51,434 nt of DNA from a bacterium (GCA_029211095.1 JARGFS010000003.1:1-51434), one strand, 5' to 3'; positions 37,702-48,122 are shown, counted from the stretch's first letter. The notes: generated by a model not told the origin, from the letters alone. Numbers and translations are program-made.

Positions 37702-39714
37702 ATGAAGCAAACCGCTAGGCTTCTGACGTTCTTATTCGCGTTAACATTGACCATCAGTCCACAGGTCAAGAGCGCACCCTATGATTATCTTACTCCGCAG
37801 CAAATCAACAGCCAGCTGGTCTCTCTCAAGACAGCTTCGGGAGTTAGTACAAAAACTCATCTGTTAGCCAAAACCGAAGGCGGCCGTGACCTGACTCTGC
37901 TGGAGATTTCCGGTGAGCAGCCAACCGGGTCGGCTATTCTGGTTGTGGCCAATATGGATGGGGATTATCCATTGGCCAGCGAAGCCGCTGTCAGATTGAG
38001 CAAGCTGTTAGCCAATGAATGGAGCGACCTCCTCAAAGATCACAGCTGGTTTATCGTACCGGTGGGAAATCCGGATGGATATGCAAGGTTCTTCTCCTCT
38101 CCGGCATCCGGGAATTTTACCAATGGAAGATCGGTCAACGCCGACCAGGATAATGCTTATGACGAAGATGGTCCGGAAGACCTCAACAAAGATGGTTTCA
38201 TCACCACCATGCGCCAGTTGCACCCGGAAGGGAAATGGATTGAAGTTGAGTCCAATCCGCTGTTGCTTAAGAAAGCCGATGGCGCCAAAGGAGAGGTTGG
38301 CAAGTACCGCCTGTTTCCGGAGGGGATTGACAATGATGGGGACGGCGAGATAAACGAGGATGGTCCCGATGGTGTAAATCCGGGTAACAATTTCCCCCAT
38401 GATTTCCAGCACTACACTACCACCAATGGGCTTCACGCTGCCAGCGAAAGTGAGACGCGTGGAGTTCTTGAATTCTGTTTTGACCACACCGAGATCGGCA
38501 TGGTGATATCATTTGGACGGGCCAACAGTCTCAAGGAAACGCCTAAATCAGGGCGTAAAGCCGAAGCCGACCAGTCCAAATACAAAGTACCGGAACGCTG
38601 GGCCAAAAGAATGGGGCTGGACCAGGAGAAGGAATACCCGATTAAGGACCTTCTCTCAATGGCCCGTGACTACACCGGCTATAAAGAGCTGACCGAAGAC
38701 CAGCTCCTGCAGTGGCTTGGTGTTGGCGCCGCAGTCAACCCTGACAAGGGAGACCTCTCCTACTGGGAGGAGATCAGCAAGAAATACAACGACTATATCA
38801 AAGAGGCGGAACTGGACGGCAAGCGTCTTGACCCGCCCGGCTTTGGCTCCGGTTCTATCGAAGAGTGGTCTTACTATCAGTATGGCGTGCCTACTTTCGC
38901 GATGGATTTCTGGACCCTGCCGGAACCAAAGGAAGAAAAAAAAGAAGAGGAACCGGCCGGGATCACGCTGGACTCGTTGGAAAATATGTCCAGCGACCAG
39001 TTCATTGAACTGGGCCAGGAGCGTATAGCGGAATTTCTTAAGGCGAACGACGCCCCCCCTATGTACACGGCTGAAATGGTCATCAACGCCCTCAAAGGAG
39101 GGATGATGGACACCAAGAAGATGGCCAAGTTTATGCGCAAAAGCAAAAAGCAGGAGGATGCAGGCGGTGCCGATGAAGAGGATGAAGCTCTCTTTGCATA
39201 CGCTCCCGATGCGTTCGTCGCCTGGAGTGCTTATGATCATCCCACTCTCGGCCAGGTTGAAATTGGCGGACAAAAACCGCATGTTCAAGTTTTACCCAAA
39301 GGAGAAGAGGTGGACAGCCTTCTCAGTAAGCAGCTTCCGTTTGTGAGAGAGTTAGCCAATATGCTCCCCAAACTTGAAATTGGCCGGGCGGTTGTCGAAC
39401 GAGTCAGTTCCGATGTCTTCCGCCTTGATGTCTGGGTGACCAATTCCGGACTCCTCCCGTATCCCACCTATCAAGGGAAGCGAAGCCAGCGACCCGCTCC
39501 TCCGGCTCTAACCCTTGGTGAGGAAAAAGTGACAATCCTCGAAGGGCGCGCTCGAAATCCGCTGGGGTTGCTTGGTGGGTCCGGAGCTGTTGAAAAGGTA
39601 ACCTGGCTTTTGCAGGGAACGGCCGGGAGCAAGGTCAGTTTGAGCCTGCACTCGTTCAGTGCCGGAACCGACGAAATGACGATAACCCTCACCGAAGGGG
39701 AGACCATCCGATGA
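37702..39714 (+). CDS. M14 carboxypeptidase-like protein lacking zinc ligands
   Basis: AGGAGG SD before ATG 37702; M14 fold motifs (GR.L, NPDG, EG.DNDGDG.INED, SE.ET, HPTLG.VEIGG) but HxxE replaced by DGDY. Confidence 0.82.
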   Translation: MKQTARLLTFLFALTLTISPQVKSAPYDYLTPQQINSQLVSLKTASGVSTKTHLLAKTEGGRDLTLLEISGEQPTGSAILVVANMDGDYPLASEAAVRLSKLLANEWSDLLKDHSWFIVPVGNPDGYARFFSSPASGNFTNGRSVNADQDNAYDEDGPEDLNKDGFITTMRQLHPEGKWIEVESNPLLLKKADGAKGEVGKYRLFPEGIDNDGDGEINEDGPDGVNPGNNFPHDFQHYTTTNGLHAASESETRGVLEFCFDHTEIGMVISFGRANSLKETPKSGRKAEADQSKYKVPERWAKRMGLDQEKEYPIKDLLSMARDYTGYKELTEDQLLQWLGVGAAVNPDKGDLSYWEEISKKYNDYIKEAELDGKRLDPPGFGSGSIEEWSYYQYGVPTFAMDFWTLPEPKEEKKEEEPAGITLDSLENMSSDQFIELGQERIAEFLKANDAPPMYTAEMVINALKGGMMDTKKMAKFMRKSKKQEDAGGADEEDEALFAYAPDAFVAWSAYDHPTLGQVEIGGQKPHVQVLPKGEEVDSLLSKQLPFVRELANMLPKLEIGRAVVERVSSDVFRLDVWVTNSGLLPYPTYQGKRSQRPAPPALTLGEEKVTILEGRARNPLGLLGGSGAVEKVTWLLQGTAGSKVSLSLHSFSAGTDEMTITLTEGETIR

Positions 39715-41441
39715 ATAAACTGAATCTATTTGTTACTGGCATACTGTTGGCCCTGATGACTGTTTCGGTCAGCGCAGAGAAACTGCATCTGACTTTTGAC
39801 CATTTCTACGATGGACAGGCAACAGTAGAGGCCGTTCATGCTCTCAACAAGGCCTACCCCAATCTGACCACTCTGCAGTCACTCGGGCAGAGTGAAGAGG
39901 GACGCGACATCTGGCAGTTGACGATCAATAATCCCAAAACAGGTCAGGATACCGATAAGCCGGGTGTCTATGTGGATGGGGCCATTCACGGGAATGAGAT
40001 TCAGGCAACCGAAGTTTGCCTGTACCTGGCCTGGTATCTGCTGGATTCTTATGGCAGCAACGAAGTCATCACGGAGCTGATTGACAGCCGCGCTTTCTAT
40101 ATTATTCCGGTAGTCAATGTTGATAATCGTTGGCACTTCTTTACAGACGCGGGAGGCTACAATAGCGGACGGACCGGCATGGTTCCTTATGACGATGACC
40201 GGGACGGGCTTCTGGACGAAGATGACTCCGAAGACATAGACGGGGATGGACAGGTTCTGCGGATGAGAATAAAAGACCCGTACGGAAACTGGAAAGATCA
40301 TCCGGACGATCCGAGAGTCATGGTCCGGGTCAAGGATGGTGAGCAGGGACAGTGGACCCGCCTGGGATCAGAAGGTATCGACAACGACGGCGACGGTCAG
40401 ATTAACGAAGACGGCCCCGGCTACCTGGACATGAACCGCAACTGGGGATTCAAATGGCAGCCTCCGTATGTTCAGTCCGGATCGGGCGATTATCCAATGT
40501 CCGGCAAGGTGACACGGGCTATTTCCAGTTTTATCCTGACCAAACCAAACATCTGTTTCAATTTCGCCTTCCACAATTCCGGCGGCCTCATCGTGCGCGG
40601 ACCGGGTTCCAAGCTGGCGGGCATGTACCCGCCGCAGGATGTCAAAGTATATGATTTCCTCGGGCATGAAGGGGAGAAAATCCTTCCCGGCTACGAGTAT
40701 ATCATTGGCGGCCTGTCCATGTATACCACCCACGGCGACTTTGATGAATGGATGTATTCCAACCTGGGCATCTTTGGGTTTGTGGGCGAACTCTTTATGA
40801 GTGAAAAGGAGCGCTACCGCCGCTCCAAAGATAAGATGGAAGAGTCGGACGAAGAGTGGTTTGATGGCACTCCGGCGATTGAGAAACACAAATTCGATGA
40901 TAATGTCAACCAGGGACGAATGTTCTCCGATTGGAAAGAATTTGATCATCCAACGCTGGGGAAAATTGAGATTGGTGGCTGGAACACGTTCACCACGCGG
41001 ATACCACCGCTGTTTATGCTGCCGGAAATGGTCCATCGCAACGCCTCGCTTGTCATCTTTACATCCCAGCAGGCGCCCGAAATAGACCTGGAACTGATCG
41101 ACATCACCGACATTGGTGACGGGCTCAAGAGAGTTCGGGTCAGGGCTCATAACAAGAATGCTATTCCATCGCTGTCAGCCCAGGCGGTAAGAAAAGAGAT
41201 CTACCGTCGGGATCTGTTTGAAATCAGCGGCGGTTCCATTGAAGTTCTCTCCGGGGCGATTGTAAATGATTTGCATATGGACCGGGTTTCACCAAAGCGA
41301 AATCGTCCGGAGCTCATTTTCTCAAGCGTACCTGCTTTTGGAACGCGCGAAATCCAGTGGATTGTCAAGGGGAGTGGGTCAGCTATAATTAGTTACTCGG
41401 CCGTGAAGGCGAAAGATACTAAATTGAGTATTGACCTGTAG
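39711..41441 (+). CDS. M14-family zinc carboxypeptidase
   Basis: GAIHGNE, DMNRNW, AFHNSG, GELF; ATGA overlap with upstream paralog. Confidence 0.9.
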   Translation: MNKLNLFVTGILLALMTVSVSAEKLHLTFDHFYDGQATVEAVHALNKAYPNLTTLQSLGQSEEGRDIWQLTINNPKTGQDTDKPGVYVDGAIHGNEIQATEVCLYLAWYLLDSYGSNEVITELIDSRAFYIIPVVNVDNRWHFFTDAGGYNSGRTGMVPYDDDRDGLLDEDDSEDIDGDGQVLRMRIKDPYGNWKDHPDDPRVMVRVKDGEQGQWTRLGSEGIDNDGDGQINEDGPGYLDMNRNWGFKWQPPYVQSGSGDYPMSGKVTRAISSFILTKPNICFNFAFHNSGGLIVRGPGSKLAGMYPPQDVKVYDFLGHEGEKILPGYEYIIGGLSMYTTHGDFDEWMYSNLGIFGFVGELFMSEKERYRRSKDKMEESDEEWFDGTPAIEKHKFDDNVNQGRMFSDWKEFDHPTLGKIEIGGWNTFTTRIPPLFMLPEMVHRNASLVIFTSQQAPEIDLELIDITDIGDGLKRVRVRAHNKNAIPSLSAQAVRKEIYRRDLFEISGGSIEVLSGAIVNDLHMDRVSPKRNRPELIFSSVPAFGTREIQWIVKGSGSAIISYSAVKAKDTKLSIDL

Positions 41442-41460
41442 ACTGAACAGTTTTGCTGTC

Positions 41461-41489
41461 AAGGGCGGTCATTGGCCGCCCTTTTTTTT
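41461..41489 (+). terminator. Intrinsic terminator
   Basis: AAGGGCGGTC-ATT-GGCCGCCC followed by a run of 8 T. Confidence 0.88.
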
Positions 41490-41695
41490 GACTGGAAGGG
41501 GGTGGAAGTTTAAGGAACAACCGGGAGATTTTCTCGTTTTTCTATTATCCAGGGTCGGTCAGGTGCTGGCTTGCGTGTTCAAATGCCTTGACAGTCTGAA
41601 CCCCCTGATACATTGTTGAAAACTGCGTCCAAAGTAAGAAATACATTAGATCATTTTGCCCTGGTGATGGTCTAAGTCTATAAAAGGAAGATTGA

Positions 41696-42829
41696 ATGTC
41701 CCGATTAATGAAGTTTGCCGTTCCAGTCTTGATTTTGGCTGTTGGCGCAATAAGTATGTTTTTCCTCCTGGGATTGAAAGATGATGCCCCGCGGCATACA
41801 CCGGAAATCCGAGCCAAACTGGTGGGAGCAGAAGTTGTTAAACTACAGTCACTTCCAACTGAAATTGGCGGTCTGGGCCGGGTCACTTCCTCACAGCCGG
41901 TAGAACTGGTTAGTGAGGTTTCGGGGAAGCTTAAGAACGGTGATATTCCCTTCATGCCCGGTCAGTCATTCACTAAGGGGCAGCTTCTGGCTAAAATAGA
42001 TGATCGGCAGGCGCGATTGCAGACCAATAGCAAAAAAGCGGAGCTACTGTCAGCGCTGGCTCAGTTCCTCCCGGAGATAAAAGTAGCCTTCCCCAATGAG
42101 TATCCGGTCTGGGAGCAGTATTTCAAAAACTGTGAGTTTAATCGCCCGCTCGATATTCTCCCGGAGGCGGCCAACGAGAAAATCAAACTATACCTTTCCC
42201 GTTTCAACATCTACCAACTCTATTTTGCTGTTCTGAACCTTGAGATCGAATTGGAAAAGCACTTCTTCTATGCTCCCTTTAACGGCTCCATTACTCTGGC
42301 AAACAAACGCGAAGGGGCCAACATCCGCAGTGGGAACAGCGTTGGTCAGATTGTAAACCTGGTAGACCTGGAAATTGAAATCCCGGTTGCCGCCGAAGAT
42401 ATCGAGTGGCTGGACTATTCCGCCCCGGTCTTTCTTACGTCGTCTGAGCTGATCGGTCAATGGTCCGGAGAGATAAAACGGGTGGGCAGCACCATTGATA
42501 CCCGCACTCAAACGATACCTATCTTTGTTGATATTGATAATGAGCACTCTCATCAGATGCGGGAGGGTCTCTTCCTGAACGCGGCTATTACCGGACAGAA
42601 TGTGGAGAAGGCGTATCGCGTTCCGCGTCGGGCCATTTATGATGAATCCACGGTTTACCTGGTTGTCAATGGCAAATTATCCCAGCGCAAAGTGAGTATC
42701 GTAAGGCGCGTCGCCGATGATGTCATCGTTTCCGGCGGTCTCAATGATGGTGATACACTGGTAGTTGATATGATGCAGGGTGTGGTGGCCGGAATGCCGG
42801 CCAAAGCGATGCTCAGCCAGGAAGGATAA
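41696..42829 (+). CDS. RND efflux periplasmic adaptor subunit
   Basis: N-terminal TM, SEVSG..KGQLL..ID lipoyl-like motif, APFNG, ID..TQT, VPRRAI, GL..GD. Confidence 0.9.
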   Translation: MSRLMKFAVPVLILAVGAISMFFLLGLKDDAPRHTPEIRAKLVGAEVVKLQSLPTEIGGLGRVTSSQPVELVSEVSGKLKNGDIPFMPGQSFTKGQLLAKIDDRQARLQTNSKKAELLSALAQFLPEIKVAFPNEYPVWEQYFKNCEFNRPLDILPEAANEKIKLYLSRFNIYQLYFAVLNLEIELEKHFFYAPFNGSITLANKREGANIRSGNSVGQIVNLVDLEIEIPVAAEDIEWLDYSAPVFLTSSELIGQWSGEIKRVGSTIDTRTQTIPIFVDIDNEHSHQMREGLFLNAAITGQNVEKAYRVPRRAIYDESTVYLVVNGKLSQRKVSIVRRVADDVIVSGGLNDGDTLVVDMMQGVVAGMPAKAMLSQEG

Positions 42830-42839
42830 GGGGGACGGT

Positions 42840-45800
42840 ATGAGAAAAGTAATTTCATATTTTATCAAATACCCGATCTGGACTTCGGTCCTGATGTTTG
42901 GCGTCATTCTGTTTGGACTCTTTTCACTCGGACTGATGCGCAACTCATTTTTCCCGGAGACAAAACCAGACCTTGTTATGGTTCAGGTGGTCTATCCGGG
43001 CGCCTCACCGGATGAAGTTGCCGAAGGGGTCGTATTAAAAATCGAAGAAAACCTGGACGGCCTGGACGGTGTTGATCGGGTGACTTCGATCTCCCGCGAG
43101 AATTTCGGAACGGTCACGGCGGAACTTCTCAAAGGGACAGACATTGATGAGGCCCTGGCCGATATCAAGAACGCCGTAGACCGGATCAACTCTTTTCCCG
43201 AAGATGTAGAGCAGCCGGTCATTTTCAAACAGAGATTCAGGACCAGGGCGTTATCGGTTGTACTATACGGCGAAACCGACCTCTACAATATGAAATATAT
43301 CGCCGAGCAGATGCGTGATAATCTGCTTGAGTCGGATGTTATTTCGCAGGTTGCTATTGAAGGTCTTCCGGAGCTTGAAATATCAATCGAAGTATCCGAA
43401 GCGGACCTTCGCCGCTACCAATTGACATTCGATGAGATCGCCAACGCCGTACGCAATGCCAATGTAAATATCTCGGGCGGTAAATTTGAGACCAAAGATG
43501 AAGAGATTCTAATCCGGGCCTGGGGCCGTAATTACTATGCGGATGAATTGAACGATATTCCAATCCGCGGCAACTCGGACGGATCGGTTATACACTTAGG
43601 GGATGTTGCCAGCGTTGAGGAGCAGTGGGAAGACATCCCGGACAAGCGTCTTTACAACGGCCGGACCGCCCTGGTCCTGAATATTGACCAGGCCGAGAGC
43701 GAAGATATTATCGGTATTGCCGAAAAAGCTATTGCCCACATTGCCGAGTTCAATGACAACAATGAAAATGTCAAAGCTCTGGTTCTTGATGATCGCACCG
43801 TTCCGCTCAGACAGCGTTTAGCCCTGCTGGTTAAGAATGGTATGATCGGACTACTGCTGATTGTGGTGGCCCTGGGACTGTTCCTTAATCTCAGGCTGTC
43901 GTTCTGGGTGGCGATCTCCATTCCCTTCTCCTTTGCCGGGATGTTCATTGTAGCCTCTATGTGGGGGATTACCATTAATGTCATCTCGCTCTTTGGCATG
44001 ATTATCGTGGTAGGTATTCTGGTCGATGATGCCATTGTGGTGGGGGAAAATATCTTTGCCAATTATGAACGAGGCAAGTCGGCGGTGCAGGCGGCCGTGG
44101 ACGGGACGATAGAAGTCATTGCCCCTGTCACAACTTCGGTACTGACGACAGTGCTTGCTTTTCTTCCCTTTTTCTTTCTTGATGGAATGTTGGGAAAATT
44201 CATTTGGGAGATGGCCCTGGTAGTCAGCGCTTCCCTGCTGTTTTCATTGGCCGAGGCTTTCTTAATTCTCCCGTCTCACCTGGCTCACTCCAAAGGGCTC
44301 AAACCGCACAAGCAGGATCATCCTATTCGCAAGAAAATTGAAAAAGGGATTGCGTACTTGACCCATGATCTGTATGCCCCGTTGCTCAGGATGACGCTCA
44401 GGCATAAGTGGATAACAATGGTTACACCAATTGCGCTGGTTCTGTTTACGGTTGGGTTGATTGGAGGGGGCGTAATCGGTTTGACCTTCTTCCCCTTTAT
44501 CGATGGTGATACCCTGCCGATAAACATTACGCTGGTCTCCGGTCGTCAGGAGTTTGATACCGATTCACTACTGCAGCAGATTGAAACCAAGTGTTGGGAA
44601 GTGAACGATGAACTCAAATCAGAGCGTTCGGATGGCGAAGATGTCGTTTTGGGGATCAGTCGCATTCTTGGCAGCAATGACCTGGGCGAAAGCGGGGCTC
44701 ACACCGGGCAATTGATTCTGCAACTCATGGACGGCGAATTCCGGGACATGGACAGTTATCTGATCGGCAATCGCATCCGTGAGAAAGTGGGCCAGCTGTC
44801 AGAAGTTCAGAATATCACTTTTGGTCGGGCCGGGCACTTTGGAAAACCGGTCTCCATCAGCCTGCTGGGTAACGACTATGACCAACTGGAGAAAGCAAAA
44901 AACCTGCTTATATCTGAGATGAAAGATTTCTCCTCGCTCCGAGATGTGACCGATTCGGACCAGAAAGGGAGAAGAGAATTTAACATCAGTCTCAAGCCAG
45001 CCGCCCACGCGCTCGGCCTGACTCTTCAGGATATTGCCGGGCAGGTGCGGCAGGGTTTCTTTGGCAAGGAGATTCAACGCATTCAACGCGGTCGGGATGA
45101 GATCAGGGTCTGGGTGCGCTACTCCGATGCAGACCGGGGGTCACTCGGCCTGATTAACCAGATTAGGATACGTACGCCCGATGGACGGGAGTATCCCTTT
45201 GGCCAGCTGGCCGACTATACAGTGGAGCGAGGAATCAATTCGATCAGTCATCTCAATCGGATGCGCGAAGTGAAAGTCGAAGCCAACCAGGCCGATGTCG
45301 CTGACGACCTCCCGCCGATTTTAGCTGAAATTGAAGAAGATGTCATTCCCCGGGTGCTTGGCCAGGTGCAGGGAGTCAGAGCTTCGTTTGAAGGGCAGTC
45401 GCGCGATCAGGCCAAGATTCAAAAGTCGATGAAGACCGCCTTCCCACTGGCTATGTTAGGCATGTTTATTCTGGTGGTCCTGGTTTTCAGATCATACCTG
45501 CAGGCGATAATTATATTCTCTCTGATTCCCATTGGAATGATTGGGGCCATCTGGGGACACGGAATTCATGGATTACAGTTGAACATGCTCTCACTCTTTG
45601 GGGTCATAGCCTTAAGCGGTATCATTATTAACGACAGTATTGTGCTGGTTGATCAGATCAACCGGTATCTTCGCCAGGGGCAGAAAGTCTATGACGCCGT
45701 ATTCAATGCCGGCCTGGCCCGTCTCCGTCCTATTCTTCTGACCTCCTTGACAACCGCCCTCGGACTGGCTCCCCTGATTCTTGAGACCAGTCGTCAGGCT

Positions 45801-46001
45801 CAATTCTTGATTCCAATGGCGGTTTCGGTTGCTTACGGATTGATCTTTGGAACCTTTATCCTTCTGATAATTCTGCCGGCCTCTTTCCTGGCTATCAACT
45901 CAATCAGAAGAAATACCAGTTCGCTGATCAAGAAGAGAGCCATCACGGCGGAAGAAGTAGAACCGGCGGTCAAAGAATTGGAGTTGTCAGGGATAGAGTA
46001 A
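42840..46001 (+). CDS. RND efflux transporter permease (AcrB/AcrD/AcrF family)
   Basis: Start ATG 42840; YPGASP.EV, GILVDDAIVVGEN, GIIINDSIVL, RLRPILLTSLTT..GL.P. Confidence 0.94.
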   Translation: MRKVISYFIKYPIWTSVLMFGVILFGLFSLGLMRNSFFPETKPDLVMVQVVYPGASPDEVAEGVVLKIEENLDGLDGVDRVTSISRENFGTVTAELLKGTDIDEALADIKNAVDRINSFPEDVEQPVIFKQRFRTRALSVVLYGETDLYNMKYIAEQMRDNLLESDVISQVAIEGLPELEISIEVSEADLRRYQLTFDEIANAVRNANVNISGGKFETKDEEILIRAWGRNYYADELNDIPIRGNSDGSVIHLGDVASVEEQWEDIPDKRLYNGRTALVLNIDQAESEDIIGIAEKAIAHIAEFNDNNENVKALVLDDRTVPLRQRLALLVKNGMIGLLLIVVALGLFLNLRLSFWVAISIPFSFAGMFIVASMWGITINVISLFGMIIVVGILVDDAIVVGENIFANYERGKSAVQAAVDGTIEVIAPVTTSVLTTVLAFLPFFFLDGMLGKFIWEMALVVSASLLFSLAEAFLILPSHLAHSKGLKPHKQDHPIRKKIEKGIAYLTHDLYAPLLRMTLRHKWITMVTPIALVLFTVGLIGGGVIGLTFFPFIDGDTLPINITLVSGRQEFDTDSLLQQIETKCWEVNDELKSERSDGEDVVLGISRILGSNDLGESGAHTGQLILQLMDGEFRDMDSYLIGNRIREKVGQLSEVQNITFGRAGHFGKPVSISLLGNDYDQLEKAKNLLISEMKDFSSLRDVTDSDQKGRREFNISLKPAAHALGLTLQDIAGQVRQGFFGKEIQRIQRGRDEIRVWVRYSDADRGSLGLINQIRIRTPDGREYPFGQLADYTVERGINSISHLNRMREVKVEANQADVADDLPPILAEIEEDVIPRVLGQVQGVRASFEGQSRDQAKIQKSMKTAFPLAMLGMFILVVLVFRSYLQAIIIFSLIPIGMIGAIWGHGIHGLQLNMLSLFGVIALSGIIINDSIVLVDQINRYLRQGQKVYDAVFNAGLARLRPILLTSLTTALGLAPLILETSRQAQFLIPMAVSVAYGLIFGTFILLIILPASFLAINSIRRNTSSLIKKRAITAEEVEPAVKELELSGIE

Positions 46002-46013
46002 TCTATGTCCGAC

Positions 46014-46049
46014 AAAGAAAAAAGGCGGGAGCTATTCCCGCCTTCTTTT
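46014..46049. terminator. Bidirectional intrinsic terminator
   Basis: A-rich-AAGGCGGGA-GCTAT-TCCCGCCTT-CTTTT between convergent genes. Confidence 0.85.
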
Positions 46050-46058
46050 ATCTGCAGA

Positions 46059-46790
46059 CTATTTCTGGCTCATGGTGCGGACTGTCCGTTTGATCGGGAT
46101 TGTGAAGCGGGTGTTCTTTTCGTCATTCAGTTCAATGGTAAAGGATTTCTCAAACGAGTTATCCAGAACCTGCTTATTGAGCAAAACCATTCCGTCCTGC
46201 TTTTCTCCCGGTCCTATCAGCTCCGGCAAACTGACTTCCATGATGTCGTTCGGCGCATAGACCAAAGTTGGCCGAATCTCCTGATCCGAAACATTCTCAA
46301 GCGTAAAAGAGATGCGATCCCGTGTTACTTCGGTAAATTGAGACATGTCCAATTTGTAAGGGGAGATAACTATCGGATAGGTTGAGTCCGGGCGCGAGAC
46401 GACATGCGTCATAATTTTGATACTGCGGTCGGTGCCCCCTTCGTTGGTGGTGATTTTTGGGGCTTTGGTTATCCGGTTGCGGTACGTCTTGGTGGAAAAT
46501 ATTATCTCCAGACGAGCGCTGTCTCCCGGAAGGAGCACATCTTTGTCCAGCGGCGCTTTGGTACAGCCGCAACCGGGCGTGACCTTCACAATCTTAAGCG
46601 TATCATCCCCTGCTGATTTGAGCCAGAAACTGTGACTGATTTTGGCATGCTGCGGAGCGTAACCAAAATTGAAAACGTCCGTTGATATCTCCATCCGGGG
46701 TGTACCAGCCTGGGCGGTACCGCCGATTACAGCGGCTAATGTCATGGTCAGGATGAAACCGGTAAGTTTTGATATGGTTCTGTTGGGCAT
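46059..46790 (-). CDS. DUF1573-domain secreted protein
   Basis: Signal peptide; FNFG..H.F.L.S.G...L.I..V.PGCGCT..L.PGDS; second Ig-like module. Confidence 0.8.
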   Translation of the reverse strand: MPNRTISKLTGFILTMTLAAVIGGTAQAGTPRMEISTDVFNFGYAPQHAKISHSFWLKSAGDDTLKIVKVTPGCGCTKAPLDKDVLLPGDSARLEIIFSTKTYRNRITKAPKITTNEGGTDRSIKIMTHVVSRPDSTYPIVISPYKLDMSQFTEVTRDRISFTLENVSDQEIRPTLVYAPNDIMEVSLPELIGPGEKQDGMVLLNKQVLDNSFEKSFTIELNDEKNTRFTIPIKRTVRTMSQK

Positions 46791-46821
46791 CTTTTTTCTC
46801 CGTTGGTAAATTCATGTTCTG

Positions 46822-47430
46822 TTATAGCAGGTTTGGGCCCTGCCGATTATCGGTGACCGGCCTGATACTGGTTTCAATCTCCCCGGTCTGCATCCGGGAG
46901 ACAGCGCCAGCCACCAGTCTTGCTTCGGACTCTGTCTTGAGGAGGACAATATGAAAGCGACAGGTGCTGTCACAACCAAGATGATGAATGTCGGCATCGG
47001 ACAATCCAAGATTCATCAACAGGTCACACATTTGATCACTGTCTTCAATGTACTCCCGCTCCATTCCGGAGACCATGACTTCGTAGCCAACAATCTCCGC
47101 CTCCTGTCGCGGCCAGAGAGCCGCAACTAGAACGAGCAGGGCCGCGGCCACTCCAATCGCCGGACGCCACCGTCGGTTCTCCCGCCCTGACTGCCAGCGC
47201 ACCGATTCCCTTTGTTCCAGAGAATCCCGCATTGACTGAAGCGAAACTACTCCGGAAACATCAGCTACTCTCTCCCGTCTAATCGACTGATTCAAGAGTT
47301 GGATTGCTTTTGCCTCTCGTGAACAGGTGGGGCAGCTTTTAATATGTTCCAGGACTGCATCCGGCAGATCAGAAAAGCTCAATCTGGAATCGACAGTTTC
47401 TAATCGGCTTTGGACTTCGCGGCAACGCAT
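46822..47430 (-). CDS. Transmembrane anti-sigma factor, zf-HC2 (ZAS) type
   Basis: M.C.E..HIKSCPTC motif, single TM (PAIGVAAALLVLVAALW), overlaps ECF sigma gene. Confidence 0.8.
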   Translation of the reverse strand: MRCREVQSRLETVDSRLSFSDLPDAVLEHIKSCPTCSREAKAIQLLNQSIRRERVADVSGVVSLQSMRDSLEQRESVRWQSGRENRRWRPAIGVAAALLVLVAALWPRQEAEIVGYEVMVSGMEREYIEDSDQMCDLLMNLGLSDADIHHLGCDSTCRFHIVLLKTESEARLVAGAVSRMQTGEIETSIRPVTDNRQGPNLL

Positions 47431-47978
47431 GGAATTTCCCTTTCAGTTCTCTTGGAGCTTTGTCCGAGCTTCTCCGCTCTATCAATGAATGCGACCAACC
47501 GCTTTTTCATTTTCTTGCGAGAGCGGTGCAGCTCAGTTTTGACAGCGCTCTCAGACCTGTTCAACAGCTCGGCCAATTCGGCGACAGTCCAGCCCTGTAA
47601 TTCATAGAGGAGGATAGTCGCTCTTTCGGCTGGATTGAGGGCATCAAGTCCCCGCTCCAGCCAGCGCCGGGTGGCTATTGAACTCTCGCTGTCGACCGCT
47701 TTCAGGTCGGCTGTCAATTCCTCACTGTAGGTGACTCTTTTTTTCCACCAGGGACGCCTGAATTCCGCGCGATAAGTAGTCACGACAATTCGGTACAACC
47801 AGGGTCGAAATGAACCGGTCTCCCGAAGGTTTGGAAAACTTCTCAGTCCGATCATCAGGGCATCATGCAGCAGATCGTTGCCACTGTCCGGATCAGCGGT
47901 TAGCCGACTGCAGAAGGCACCAATGGCCTGGTAGTGAGGCGTGAGCAGCTCCCAAAAGAGCTCGTTAGTTTCGCGCAT
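47400..47978 (-). CDS. ECF RNA polymerase sigma factor
   Basis: Region 2 DLLHDA..F..LR...SF.PWLYRI; region 4 L...ER...L..LQG.TVAELA.L..SE..VKT.LHR.RK. Confidence 0.9.
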   Translation of the reverse strand: MRETNELFWELLTPHYQAIGAFCSRLTADPDSGNDLLHDALMIGLRSFPNLRETGSFRPWLYRIVVTTYRAEFRRPWWKKRVTYSEELTADLKAVDSESSIATRRWLERGLDALNPAERATILLYELQGWTVAELAELLNRSESAVKTELHRSRKKMKKRLVAFIDRAEKLGQSSKRTEREIPCVAAKSKAD

Positions 47979-47986
47979 TCGCTATA

Positions 47987-48014
47987 AGATGTTTGAGGCG
48001 TGATTTTGGTTACA
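47987..48014 (-). promoter_or_regulatory. ECF-type autoregulatory promoter (leaderless)
   Basis: TGTAAC-N17-CATCT ending 8 nt before the sigma ATG; no SD. Confidence 0.55.
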
Positions 48015-48122
48015 AATTTTCTCAGACAACTGTAGATTGATTTGAGCTTCTGTTGTTTATACAAAAGTTGGTCTGAATCTACTCTTTTTTGATTTTAGCT
48101 GAAGGCTGATATTTGGTAAAAC

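Noticed and set aside
46005-46385. 126-aa plus-strand ORF after the RND gene, and the 74-aa ORF at 51070
   Set aside because: Both run through terminators into the antisense of real genes
46555-46580. Selenocysteine in the DUF1573 CGC motif
   Set aside because: Codons are TGC/TGT; no in-frame TGA
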